From Octopus vulgaris (taxonomy: Eukaryota), in NCBI GenBank assembly GCA_951406725.2, contig OX597835.1, positions 39,618,001 to 39,682,000 of the forward strand: DNA of 64,000 bases, given 5' to 3'. The position numbers were made by a program, and so were the translations under genes. Below are positions 28,182 through 43,519 of this stretch, in pieces. Each line of letters begins with the position of its first letter. Within the stretch, counting starts at the first letter, position 1. The notes under the pieces were generated by a model. It made no database searches and was not told the DNA's origin. It worked only from the letters and a program-made list of their open reading frames with translations.

Positions 28182-28367
28182 GCATCGAAAAATACCTTAG
28201 GAATGAGAACCCTGATTCGAAATTTCCCCAAGAAACCTGAAGAAGGCTGGAAGGTATATCAGCTGAAAACGTTGTGTTAACAACAAACAAGATGAGGACA
28301 AATATCCATCGAATGTAAATAATGTAAATAATGTACATAATTCCTCATCTCTTAAATATAGAACTGT
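27589..28367 (+). mobile_element. TSD-flanked composite SINE: tRNA-like head, (AAT)n, hammerhead-like tail, with nested LINE fragment
   Basis: 12-bp TSD aacaccggatta at 27577-27588 and 28368-28379. tRNA-like head 27659-27731. HHR-like motif 28232-28278. Confidence 0.7.
27855..28140 (+). mobile_element. Dong/R4-like (RLE) non-LTR retrotransposon 3' fragment inserted in (TAA)n
   Basis: KGTETYLKMIPGLPSLQEVQKIMLTGTVYVLRRALSL* (27855-27968) resembles the QKxxLxGTxxILR C-terminus of RLE LINEs. Bounded by (TAA)n on both sides. Confidence 0.7.
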
Positions 28368-29227
28368 AACACCGGATTAGTACTAGAACTAGTCCAGATT
28401 TTTATACTTCAGCAGCCTAATTAGAGCAAAATAATCCAGCGGAACAAGAGTTGGTTACTCTGGTTCTGTATGGTCCCTTAATCTATTCTCTACTTTTCTT
28501 TCTCACCCTTTCTTTTTTTCTCTACACCTATCTCCCTTCCCCTCATTTTTACTTTCAAGTTGTTGCTCTTCATCTCAAAGCCTTTCTTTCTCTACCTCTT
28601 ACTACCGCACCGCTATTAATCCCCTTCTTCCTACATCTTTTTATCCATGATTCCATGTTCTTGAATATTGGTCTTCCTATTACAAAATTTGCATTTTGCA
28701 ACTCTTCCTTCTGAAGAGAAAATTCGACGCTTCAACGCTTCTAACTTGAATATATTAATACACCATGTTATGTGTTGATAGCAATTTCTACTTCTTTTGT
28801 GTTTTATTGCATCAATATCTACACCCATTTGCATAATATACATTATTATTTCAACAAGATGCTTAATTTTTTGAAACAGCTGTAAAGAATATCAGGGAAT
28901 ATATTTGCCAGATATGTTGACCTTGATGTTTATGCAACATTTTCTATTAATGATTAAATTTCATATGATGTATAAATACTTGTCCATATAGTCACACACA
29001 CAAACACACAGACACACACACACACACATAAATATTCTGGTCACTCAGTCACGGGAAGTGGTGTAGCTACTAAAGGTATTAACACGAAATATCAACATAA
29101 AACATGTTATACACAGATTTAAAGAAATACGTTTATGCATGTGTGCGAGTAAGCACGTAAGCCTGTGTACATACGTGTTTGTACGGGTATGAGTATATGT
29201 CTCAATGTGTTTGTATATATGTATGTA

Positions 29228-29295
<68 letters not shown>

Positions 29296-29394
29296 TTATT
29301 TAGGGGAATAAAATCCAAACTTACAAGGAAAAAGAATTCAATTTAGAAATACTAAATCAAATTCCACACAATACAATATATGTAAAATATTAGA

Positions 29395-29568
29395 AAAAAA
29401 AGCACCTTTTATCAATTCAAAATAAATAATTAAATTACACCATCTAGAAAATTACATATAATAGAAAAGTTAAAATTAATTGTTATTTTAATTTTAACTT
29501 TTCTATTATATGTAATTTTCTAGATGGTGTAATTTAATTATTCATTTTGGATTAATAAAAGGTGTTTT

Positions 29569-29570
<2 letters not shown>
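29395..29570. repeat. ~80-bp near-perfect inverted repeat (hairpin)
   Basis: taattaaattacaccatctagaaaattacatataatagaaaagttaaaatt vs aattttaacttttctattatatgtaattttctagatggtgtaatttaatta. Confidence 0.85.
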
Positions 29571-29616
<46 letters not shown>

Positions 29617-29710
29617 TATATATGAATATATATACCCACGCACATACACATACATACACACTAACGAACACACATGCATACTCACACACCAACTCACACA
29701 TGCACACACA

Positions 29711-29750
<40 letters not shown>

Positions 29751-30428
29751 CACACACACACACACACAGATAAGCAGAGAAGCAGACAGACAGCTAGACA
29801 TACAGGTGCATAGATATCTACTAATGCGCACATATTCCTTCATACAAACTTATGTAAATTATTTATAAATATATACATACATATATATATATATATAGAG
29901 AGAGAGAGGTGGGGAGAAAGAGAGAAAGAGAAAGAGTATCTGATACATATATCGATAGATGGATATATGTAATTAGTGTTCAGTACACTTCATTAATAAT
30001 TAAAATTACAAGCAATTAATTGTCTAAATTCATTGAATCAATTAGAGTTATGATTTGTAATGTATTTGTAATTTATATTTTAATGAATTTGTCAAGTCAT
30101 TGAATCATAATGAGCGTCGCTGAGATAATAGACGGCGCTGGTGGTGATTCTTGCTCCGGTTTGGCGGCGGCGGTGGTGGTCGTGATGGTGGTGGTGGTGG
30201 TGGTGGTGGTAATTATAGTAGTTGTGGTGGTGATGGTAATTATAGTAGTTGTGGTGGTGATGGTGTTGATGGTGTTGATGGTGGGGTCTCAATGTTTTAC
30301 AATTTTATGCCATTTCGATTCATCCTGTGTGGTCCAGATTTCAGATATTACCAAGGTAAACTTCGTCTTTTATTTACGCTACGAAAAGTGATTGAAGCCA
30401 GAAAATGAGTCTGTCTGTTCACGTTTAT

Positions 30429-30829
30429 GGATCTTTTCGGTTTGAACAACAGTTTTTCTAGCGGTGTCATATGAAATTGTCACCCATAATTGTGACCCTG
30501 GTATCGATCTGTTTTAGGGTTAGAGTTAGGGGTGGGGTGAAGGGTATCTTTTTTTCTTCACAACTGTAAATAAACCCAATCTGTTTCTTAAACGGGGGAC
30601 ATATTCATACGGTACAGAATGTATTTTACCTCAATGGACGTCACTGATTGGTTGAAATTGCAGAAATTGAAGAAAAAAACAACAAATATCTTACAAACTA
30701 TAGAATTTTCTCAATAAAGCCAAGACAAAAAAATGTTTTATAAACAAATTCTACCAGTATACGAAGTTTAAAATTTTTTTAGTTACGTAGAAATTATGTT
30801 ACAAAGTGCCGTTCAAACCGAAAAGATCC
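30429..30829. mobile_element. MITE, Mutator-like (9-bp TSD)
   Basis: TIR ggatcttttcggtttgaac / gttcaaaccgaaaagatcc. TSD cacgtttat at 30420-30428 and 30830-30838. Confidence 0.9.
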
Positions 30830-31272
30830 CACGTTTATCTCTGATTCAGTTATCACTGATCCGATATAACACGTTTCCTTCAACTCTGAACCGTATTATG
30901 CTCAACACATATTGCTCCGTGATACACATGGGTCGAGAATCAGTCAAAGATTTTGCGTGGAACCAAAAGTGCCCCTAGCAACCGTCCACAATGCTCATGA
31001 AAACTTGGGGGCCTCAGAGCGAAACCTATGTTTCTCCTCTTCGTTTTCTATTATTTGTTTACCATTGATTTATTTAACGCAATTTTTTTAAAGCAATCAC
31101 TGGATAAATAGGGATAGATTACTGGTAATATACTCGGGGGATAAGAATGTTTGTTGGGTAAGAAGTTCGCTTCGAACAGTATGGCTTTTCAGCTCAGTCA
31201 CTCAGTGTAACATGTTGTAGAAGCGTCTTCTATTATATAGACACGAGCCATGTAAGTGAAATTTACACACAA

Positions 31273-31274
<2 letters not shown>

Positions 31275-31325
<51 letters not shown>

Positions 31326-32884
31326 TACATACATACATACATACATACATACGTACATACATACATGCATACATACATACATACATACATACATGCATGC
31401 ATACATACATACATACATACATACATACATACATGCATGCATACATACATACATACATACATACATACATACATACATACATACATACATACATACATAC
31501 ATACATACATACATACATACATACATACATACATGCATGCATACATACATACATACATACATACATACATACATACATACATACATGCATACATACATAC
31601 ATACATACATACATACATACATACATACATACATACATACATACATACATACATACATACATACATACATACATACATACATACATACATACATACATAC
31701 ATACATACATACATACATACATACATGCATACATACATACATACATACATACATGCATGCATACATACATACATACATACATACATACATACATACATAC
31801 ATACATACATACATACATACATACATACATACATACATACATACATACATACATACATACATACATACATACATACATACATACATACATACATACATAC
31901 ATACATACATACATACATACATACATACATACATACATACATACATACATACATACATACATACATACATACATACATACATACATACATACATACATAC
32001 ATACATACATACACACATACATACATACATACATACATACATACATACATACATACATACATACATACATACATACATACATGCATACATACATACATAC
32101 ATACATACATACATACATACATGCATACATACATACATACATACATACATACATACATGCATACATACATACATACATACATACATACATACATACATAC
32201 ATACATACATACATACATACATACATACATACATACATACATACATACATACATACATACATACATACATACATACATACATACATACATACATACATAC
32301 ATACATACATACATACATACATACATACATACATACATACATACATACATACATACATACATACATACATACATACATACATACATACATACATACATAC
32401 ATACATACATACATACATACATACATACATACATACATACATACATACATACATACATACATACATACATACATACATACATACATACATACATACATAC
32501 ATACATACATACATACATACATACATACATACATACATACATACATACATACATACATACATACATACATACATACATACATACATACATACATACATAC
32601 ATACATACATACATACATACATACATACATACATACATACATACATACATACATACATACATACATACATACATACATACATACATACATACATACATAC
32701 ATACATACATACATACATACATACATACATACATACATACATACATACATACATACATACATACATACATACATAATACATACATACATACATACATACA
32801 TACATACATACATACATACATACATACATACATACATACATACATACATACATACATACGTACATACATACATACATACGTACA

Positions 32885-32912
<28 letters not shown>
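31275..32912. repeat. (CA)n followed by a ~1.6-kb (TACA)n array
   Basis: Direct reading. Confidence 0.97.
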
Positions 32913-32915
<3 letters not shown>

Positions 32916-32972
32916 TGGGTTGGTGCATAATTATTGCAGCTTTTTTCTTTTCAACAAATTTTATTCAACATA
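32913..32972 (+). mobile_element. Mariner-like terminal inverted repeat remnant
   Basis: TA-ttgggttggtgcataattattgc resembles mariner TIRs. Confidence 0.55.
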
Positions 32973-33856
32973 AACAATATATCATTTGCTTGATTTGCTA
33001 TTCTGTTTCACTCTATTCTCACCTTGTTGCGTGTTTGTGTTTGTTTTTGTTTTTGCTTGTGAGACTTGAAGACGATTTTTCTTGACGGTTTAGAATTAAA
33101 TAATTGTGTTCTTTTCGTAAATGTTATTCATATACGCACGGCTAAATAACAAGCAGCTTTCTTTATTATATATAGTGTAGATGTAAGAATGCTCTGACAA
33201 TATATACCGTCAACCATTTCCACTATTCCTGGCGGCGTGGTGGGTTTAAAGCCGTCATGCACTTCTTCCGCAAGATCCTTTCAGAATAAAGCGTCATTTA
33301 AATTTGCTGCTTTCTTCCTGAGTGTCACCTACAGAGACTGTGTATTATCGAGCCATTTCTCTCTTATTTCTTTACTACCCACAAGGGGCTAAACACAGAG
33401 GGGACAAACAAGGACAGACAAACGCATTAAGTCGATTATATCGACTTCAGTGCGTAACTAGTACTTAATTTATCGACCCCGAAAGGATGAAAGGCAAAGT
33501 CGACCTCGGCGGAATTTGAACTCAGAACGTAACGGCAGACGAAATACCTATTTCTTTGTTCCTTCCCGAGCCATGCCTGACTCATAAGGGCTGGTTTCCC
33601 GGTTTCCTTGGCGTATAGGTTTCCCACTAGGACGGGACGCCAGTCCCTCGCAGGTGGGCTGCAAGATGTAGGAGGAAATAGTGAGAGAAAGTTGTGGCAA
33701 AAGAGTCAGCAGAAGTTCACCATTACCTTATACTAGCGCCACGTGGAGCTTAGGTGTTTCGCTTATAAACACACACATCCCTCGGTCTGAGATTCGAACC
33801 CGCGATCCCTCGACCACGAGGCCGCTGCTCAAACCACTAAGCCATGTGTCTCCACC

Positions 33857-34172
<316 letters not shown>

Positions 34173-34255
34173 ACAGATAAATTTCCTCTATTTACATAAT
34201 ATTGAGGTCTCTTTCTTTCTTTTGTTATCTTACTGTTTTTATCAATATATATGAT

Positions 34256-34287
<32 letters not shown>

Positions 34288-34847
34288 TATATATGTGTAT
34301 ATATATATATATATATGTATTTGTTTATGTATTCCTGCATGCATGTATGTATGTATGTATGTATGTATGTATGTATCAATGTATGGCAGATACGCACAAC
34401 TCAACAGTTTTGTGCAGAACACCGCTCGAAGGGGCAGCATTTCTGTTAGCGACATGAATTACGCTTGATGATGAACCCAGTTTTTATTGGAAGTGAGTCA
34501 AACTCTTGAAGTATTCTGCAAACTATGGAATCATGCTCTACCATAAACGCAATAGCAGCAAATACCAGTAGAATCTCTGAGAATAATCTTTCGTCACACA
34601 CACACACACATACACTTCTTTCCCCTCGCTCCACCCCTTACAAAAACTCCCCTACACCTCCAGTGATACACAAATTACCCACCTCTCCACCTACTGCCCA
34701 CCCACAACTTCCCTCCCACTTAACAAATCAGAGGTCAACTTAGATCTAAGGGATCAAATCTTAAAAACAGCCGAGTATCTTCAAGATTATCTCAAGTTAT
34801 TTACATCATCGTAGTAGTAGAAGTAGTAGTAGTAGTAGTAGCAGTAA

Positions 34848-34919
<72 letters not shown>

Positions 34920-35057
34920 CAGCAGCAGCAGTAGTAGTAGAGATTGATAGCGCTATTTTTAAAATTGTGTATTATTATTATGAATATGATATCTTTGAAA
35001 AGTGACTAACGTTGAAATGCGAACCATCCAGCAATCTTCAGATATTAAAAGATAAAA

Positions 35058-35135
<78 letters not shown>

Positions 35136-35417
35136 TTATTTATCTATCTATCTATCCATCTATCTATCTGTCTACCTAACTACCTAACAACCTATCTATA
35201 TATTTCTCACTATATGTGTGTGTATGTACGTGTATATATATATATATGTATGTGTGTCTCTCTCTGTGTATGTATACACATATTACACGTGCATACATGT
35301 ATATGCACACACACATATGTATACATATATACATTCATACACAAACATATATACATACATACACATATATATAGACACATATCTTTGTTTGTATGTATTT
35401 GTACCTTTGTTGAGTTG

Positions 35418-35490
<73 letters not shown>

Positions 35491-36717
35491 TACGGCGTAT
35501 TTTCGCCATAAACTCGATTCGCCTTTAAATAGCTAACTGGGATGTATAGTTTCTTATAAATTTTCCACTCTCTTTTGTATTGCGTATCCTAACTTTGTGT
35601 AAGACTAATTATGTCATACATCTGTGCGTATAATATACATGCATGTATATAAATATATTGAGTCAAATATATGTGTGTATCAAATATATATATATAAGTG
35701 TATATATACGTGTATGTGTGTGTGTATGTCAAACATATATATATATACACACATACATATGTATGTGGCTAAGCTCATATGTGCGCATGTAGATATACAT
35801 ATATAGACACTTGCATATGCATGTATCCACAGGCATACATGCATACATACATGCATACATACATACATACATACATACACACACACACACGCACACACAC
35901 ACTTATATATATATAGGGAGAATTCACAAAAAAGACGAAGACAGGTGGTGTAGACAACAGATGTATTAGTTTAACGCTTGGGAAGTGAAAAAGTATTCAA
36001 CGTTTCGAGCCTACGCTCTTCCACAGAAAGGAACACAGAAAGAAACAAGGAGAGAAAATAAAGATTGTGTAGTGGCTAGCGATCTATCATGCCGAAATAT
36101 ATATATATGTGTGTATGTGTGTGTGTATGTATATCGTTGCTATTATGCAAAAGTGTCGTAATTCCAAAACGTTGCTTTTTCAGAAAACGGGAAAATAGTT
36201 GCATCACTCCATACCAAAACCCTTGTACTACACTGAAAATTTTTGATATCTTGGCATCTGAAACAGTAGGAGATACGATAGTTTGACCAAAAGAACTGGT
36301 TATTGCAAACAGAAATACATATTGATAAAAAAAATTCGCATTTGGCCGAATCTGGACATACGACAGTTTAACATTATAGCAACGATATATGTTTACGAGC
36401 AAATGTTAGAAACAATAGTAACTAGTTATAAAGTCGTGCTAAACTTACTCCTGGAATGTGTATGTAAGTATACACCTATATCTATCTATACATCAATGTG
36501 TGTCTGTCTGTCTGTGCGTCTATGTGTGTGTGTGTGAGTTTGTGTGTATGTATGTATGTGAATATTTATGAATCGGCTCATTTGTCAAATATGCTTTAAT
36601 ACGAAAAGCAACATAGATATCAAATTAAATGAAAGATTAGCATGATTAATTAAGCTATATAAGATGAGAGTGATTAACTAAATTATATTAGCTTAAAGTA
36701 ATTAGTTATGTTTATAT

Positions 36718-36759
<42 letters not shown>

Positions 36760-36993
36760 ACACACAAGTACTCTCTCACACACACACAGCATGCGTTTGT
36801 GATTAGACACTTTTTTAAAACGTTATTGATTCAATTAGATTAAGCTAATGAAGAAAAAAGACAACGTAAAATACATCCTATCAGGAAAGAAGAGACAATA
36901 TGAAAAGTGCGGAATTTTAGCTGCTATCAATGTCTTATGGAATCAGACATTTCTCTGGATCATGGGCAATGCAGTGTGTGTGGTGTGTGTATG

Positions 36994-37025
<32 letters not shown>

Positions 37026-37086
37026 TGTATGTATGCATGCATTTATTTATTTATGTATGTATATATGTATGTATGTCTGTGTGTAT

Positions 37087-37141
<55 letters not shown>

Positions 37142-37266
37142 TTCAGCAAAGAATTTAGATTCAAATGAATATGGTACTTAATTTAGAAGCACCAGAATTT
37201 TTTTATGGTATTACCCATAAAAATATGCGGGATGATTATATATATATTCTTGTTGCTTATTTTTGA

Positions 37267-37311
<45 letters not shown>

Positions 37312-37319
37312 TATATTCA

Positions 37320-37530
37320 AAATGTGACCTCGTGTGTACCGTTGGCGATTTCTTTTCCTCCATCTTCACTTCTCTGGATCTTTCCTTCTCCTATGTTTCG
37401 AACGAAGAGCTCCGCTCGAAACGTTAAACCCTCCTTCTTCTCTTCCTTCCTGAGCGTCCAATAATACTGTATTTGTTCCACGGCCTTGCGTTGTTGTGTT
37501 TTTTTTGTGCTTTCTTGTTTGGATTAACTA
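37320..37530 (+). mobile_element. PLE-like short repeat with degenerate HHR-like motif
   Basis: cgaacga-a-gagc-tcc-gctc-GAAAC-gtt at ~37399-37425. Flanked by (TA)n. Confidence 0.5.
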
Positions 37531-37607
37531 TATACATATATATATATATATATACACACAGACATACACACACTCTCATAGTTTTATGCATACAAGTATG
37601 CACTGCT

Positions 37608-37658
<51 letters not shown>

Positions 37659-37698
37659 GCTCTCTCTGAATGTCTGAGTATATATATAGCGGTTCTGC

Positions 37699-37885
<187 letters not shown>

Positions 37886-38422
37886 CTTTCTCGTCTGGTT
37901 TATCTACGGAAATAAAAACATCGATGATATCAAATAAAGAAATAAAAGATATTTAAAAATATGAAAAAAAACCTTCTCCATCCGCCAAAACATCTTCCTG
38001 CACCAACTCCACAACTGGCTTCAACATCACAAACCGTTTCCTTCAAGACACAGTTGGGTGGGTGTATATAATGGAGTCAGAAAACGGTTAAACGGAGAAT
38101 GTAGAATAAGAAGCTGTGGTAGTTATACATAATACATACATGCATACACATATTTATATATATATGTATATACATATATATACATACATACACACATACA
38201 TATATGCATACACGCACACACACACACAAACACACCCAATAGTGTATTGAGCAGTTTGAAAGGGTAGGAACCAGGGAAAGGTATGGCACTGTGAATGGTG
38301 GCGGGTACATGGGTCGTTGGAAGTAAATGATTAGGAAACCGTAAGAAATGAAGTTCTTTGTGTGTTTGTCATTTTACGGTTCTATATCAAGGTTTCTTGC
38401 CAATAGAGAAAGTGCTGGTTTC

Positions 38423-39100
38423 TATGTATGTATGTATGTATGTATGTATGTGTGTATGTATGTATGCATGTATGTACGTACGTATGTATGTATGTATGTA
38501 TGTATGTATGTATGTATGTATGTATGTATGTATGTATGTATGTATGTATGTGTGTATGTATGTATGTATGTATGTATGTATGTGTGTATGTATGTATGTA
38601 TGTATGTATGTATGTATGTATGTATGCATGTATGTATGTATGTATGTATGTATGTATGTATGTATGTATGTATGTATGTATGTATGTATGTATGTATGTA
38701 TGTATGTATGTATGTATGTATGTATGTATGTATGTATGTATGTATGTATGTATGTATGCATGTATGTATGTATGTATGTATGTATGTATGTATGTATGTA
38801 TGTATGTATGTATGTATGTATGTATGTATGTATGTATGTATGTGTATGTATGTATGTATGTATGTATGTATGTATGTATGTATGTATGTATGCATGTATG
38901 TATGTATGTATGCATGTATGTATGTATGTATGTATGTATGTATGTATGTATGTATGTATGTATGTATGCATGCATGTATGTATGTATGTATGTATGTATG
39001 TATGTATGCATGTATGTATTATGTATGTATGTATGTATGTTTGTATGTATGTATGCATGTATGCATGTATGTATGCATGTATGCATTCATGTATGTATGT
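38423..39100. repeat. Long (TATG)n array
   Basis: Direct reading. Confidence 0.95.
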
Positions 39101-39189
39101 ACATGAAGTATACTTTCCCAAGCAGAGGGGTGGTAATGGATATATATATATATATATATGCATGTATGTGTGTATGCATTTTGTATGTA

Positions 39190-39225
<36 letters not shown>

Positions 39226-39366
39226 TGCAATGTGTGTTGTGTGTAAGTATGTATGCGTGTATGTATCCTTATGAGCATCAGGTGATGCCTGTTTCTCTAC
39301 GTACACAGATGTGCTTAAATACCTATATTTACAAATATATATATATATAGATGTATATATATGTAT

Positions 39367-39399
<33 letters not shown>

Positions 39400-40280
39400 G
39401 ATATGCACACACACACTCACACATATATGTACCATACACACATGTAAATATATATGTACACATATAGACATATATAAGCACTCAGACACATGTGTAATGT
39501 ACTGATTAACATGCGTACATATTTGTAAATGTATATACATGTGTATGTGTGTGCTAGTATATGTGAAAATGTGTATAACTATGCATATACAAGTATCACT
39601 CTTTCCCTCTCTCTATGTGTGTGTGTGTCTGTTTGTGTGTGTATGTGTGTGTGTGTGTTTTGTGTGTGTGTGTGTGTTTGTGTGTGTGTGTATGTGTGTA
39701 TGTGTGTGTGTTTTTGTGTGGGTATGTGTGTGTGTTTGTGTGTGTGTATGTGTGTGTGTGTGTGTATGTGTGTGTGTATCTGTGTGTGTGTGTGTGTATT
39801 ATTTTTTATTCATTGGAAGTAGGCGGAAGCCATTAATTTTCGTTTTTTTTACCTTTTTATGAACAGGATTTTTTTTTATCACAAATCACCATAGCAACAT
39901 AAAAGAGAGAATTCTTTGGCTATTTTCTTGTTATATTAACTTCGCTATAGTTGTTATATTGTTAGATATATATTGTTGTTATACATGTTGTTGAATATAC
40001 ACTTTTAGTGCAGTTGCCGCTGTTGTTGTTGTCGTCTTCTTCTTCTTCTTCTTCTTCTCCTCTTCTTCTTCTTATTCTTCTTCTCCGTCTTCTTCTCCTT
40101 TTTCTTCTCCTTCTCCTTCTTCTTCTTCTTCTTCTTCTTCTTCTTCTTCTTCTTCTTCTTCTTCTTCTTCTTCTCCTTCTTCTCCTTCTTCTTCTTCTTC
40201 TTCTTCTTCTCCTTCTTTTTCTTCTTCTTCTTCTTTCTTCTTCTTCTTCTTCTTCTTCTTCTTCTTCTTCTTCTTCGTCT

Positions 40281-40332
<52 letters not shown>

Positions 40333-40656
40333 CATCATCATCATTCATGATAACTGACATCATCTTATCATCATCATCATCAATATTCTGTACGCATTAT
40401 ATATTCTCTACTCTTATGACCTGGCACAAGGCCCTCAATTCTGATGAGGTCATAAGACGATTACATCGATTCCCGAGCTCGGCCGGTACTTATTTTATCG
40501 AACCCGAAAGGATGAAAGGCAAATTCGACTTGGGCGGTATTTGAACTCAGAGCTTAAAGACAGAAGAAATACATCTATACATTTTGTCCGGCACGGTAAA
40601 GCCTCAACCAGCTTGCCGCATTTCCTTGCTCATAATTATAATTACTAATAATAATG

Positions 40657-40811
<155 letters not shown>

Positions 40812-40812
40812 A

Positions 40813-40847
<35 letters not shown>

Positions 40848-40851
40848 AATA

Positions 40852-40887
<36 letters not shown>

Positions 40888-41594
40888 TCTTGCAAACAAC
40901 TTGCACATGCAAGTGCTACCAGTCGAGAACTCCGCATACCGGAAGCCAGCAAGTTTATGGGGTCATCAGGAGAGAATGCGCGCCGTTTCGGGGCCTACCT
41001 CTCGACGGCATCAATGCGCACCGGCCCCACTCACTCATATGAGGCTCCGCTTGCTAGATCAACTGGTTATTAAATAAAGCTCAATATTTCTCTAGCCATC
41101 GCTCATCGTCTCTTTTTAATCTTATTCAGGGATCTTTTGAGCTGGATGGGCTACTCGACTAGAAGAAAATTCTAACTGGGCTCCACCTGCAAAGTCATGC
41201 GCTTTTTATCCTGGTATGAGAACACCTTGTCGCGTACATATGGTTGTGGTGCATGTTCCTGGTGTACCCTTATCAGACATGTAGTCATGATGGGTATATT
41301 GGGTTTCGTATATTTTACCCCAATGTCATTTTGATGGCATGCACTACTCTCTCACTCAATAATAATAATAAATAGTGGTTTCAAATTTTGCCACAAGGGC
41401 TGCAATTTTGGGGAGGGAAGGGGATGAGTCGATTACAGCGACTCCAGTGTTTAACTGGCAATTCCTTTACCGACCCCAAAAGAAGGAAAGGTAAAGTCGA
41501 CCTCAGCGGAATTTGAACTCAGAACATTCCAACGGGCAAAATACCGCTAAGCATTTCGTCCAGCGCGCTAACGATTCTGCCAGCTCGCCACCTC

Positions 41595-41653
<59 letters not shown>

Positions 41654-41657
41654 TAAC

Positions 41658-41692
<35 letters not shown>

Positions 41693-41702
41693 TAACAATA
41701 AC

Positions 41703-41772
<70 letters not shown>

Positions 41773-42158
41773 GCAATAAATTATTATTAATTATTATAAC
41801 AGTATCTGTTATTATTATTACCATTATCGTAATTGGTTTCTTATTTAATTCTTATTGCAATTACTTATGAAACCTCCATTATATTTTTTTGCCTGTTTTC
41901 CCCCCGCAATTATTATTGTTGTTGTTGTTGTTGTTTCGTTAATCACTGCGATATACAAATTGATTATCAGAGCAATATCACTATAAGTCTCGTTATTGTT
42001 ATAGTAAATACCCCATTACTGGCCTTGTGCCTAAACATTTATTCGCGCTTATTATTACTAGCGTCTTTATAAGTTAATGCTATTATTATTGTCCTCATTG
42101 TTATTTATTATTATTATTATTATTGTTGTTGTTGTCGTCGTCGTCGTCGTCGTCGTCG

Positions 42159-42198
<40 letters not shown>

Positions 42199-42454
42199 TA
42201 TTATTATTATTACTATTAATTTTATTATTATTATTTTGAACACTCGGATCGATGTAGACGCCTCACCTACTCCCCAAAATTGCTGCCCTTGTGGCGAAAT
42301 TTGTAACAATCAATATTATCATATTACTATTATTATTATTATTGTTGTTGCTGTTGTTGTTGTTATTATTATTATTATTATTTTGAACACTGGGATTGAT
42401 GTAGACGCCTCACCTCCTTCCCAAAATTGCTACCCTTGTGGTGAAATTTGAAAC

Positions 42455-42519
<65 letters not shown>

Positions 42520-42725
42520 CTAAGATGGCGAACTGGCAGACCAGTTAACACGTCGGGCAAAATGGTCTGTCCTTATTTTCTCAGTTTAAATTCTGCCGAG
42601 GTCGACTTTGCCTTTCGTCCTTTCGAGATCGATAAAAAAACGTACCAGTTCAGTACTGGGGTCGATGTAATCGACTAGCCCCCTTCCACAAAATTTCAGG
42701 CCTTGTGGCTTTAGTACAAAAGATT

Positions 42726-42814
<89 letters not shown>

Positions 42815-43275
42815 TATTATTATCATTGTTGTTGTTGTTTTATTATCGATGTTGATGATGGTGAACTCTGCTTCATTACCGACACAACCACCACAACCAC
42901 CACCACCATCATTATCACCACTATCGTCACAATAACCACTGTCATCATCATCACCATTATCATCATCGGCACCACCACCATCATCGTCGTCGTCATCATT
43001 GCTATAATTACTATTATATCCTCATTCCTTATCGTAACCATCACCATCACCGTCATCTTTATTATTTTTATTATTACTATAATTAATTACTGTGATATTC
43101 ACAACACTCATTCTCGTCACCGTCATCATCATCGTCATCATCATCACCATCATCACCATCATCATCATCATCATTATCACCGCCATTACCATTAGCCTCA
43201 TCATTATTGTTGTTGCTGCTGTTCATTGTTACTATAATTACTACGATATCGACATTATCATCTTCGTTGTCGCCG

Positions 43276-43347
<72 letters not shown>

Positions 43348-43488
43348 TCACTATTTTCATTATTACTATAATTACACTTTACGCTATCACTACCACAACA
43401 ACCAAAATCACCATTAGCGCCATTAATATTATTGCTGCTGTTGGTGGTGGTGTTATCATCATCATCGTCATCATCATCATTATCATTG

Positions 43489-43519
<31 letters not shown>

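Noticed and set aside
31202-32973. 500+ aa ORFs (MYVC/HTYI repeats), likewise at 26401-27510 and 38348-39246
   Set aside because: Translations of stop-free (TACA)n microsatellite, open in multiple frames on both strands.
42230-42460. CRISPR-like repeat-spacer pattern
   Set aside because: Only two SINE-tail copies separated by microsatellite, in a eukaryotic context with no cas genes.
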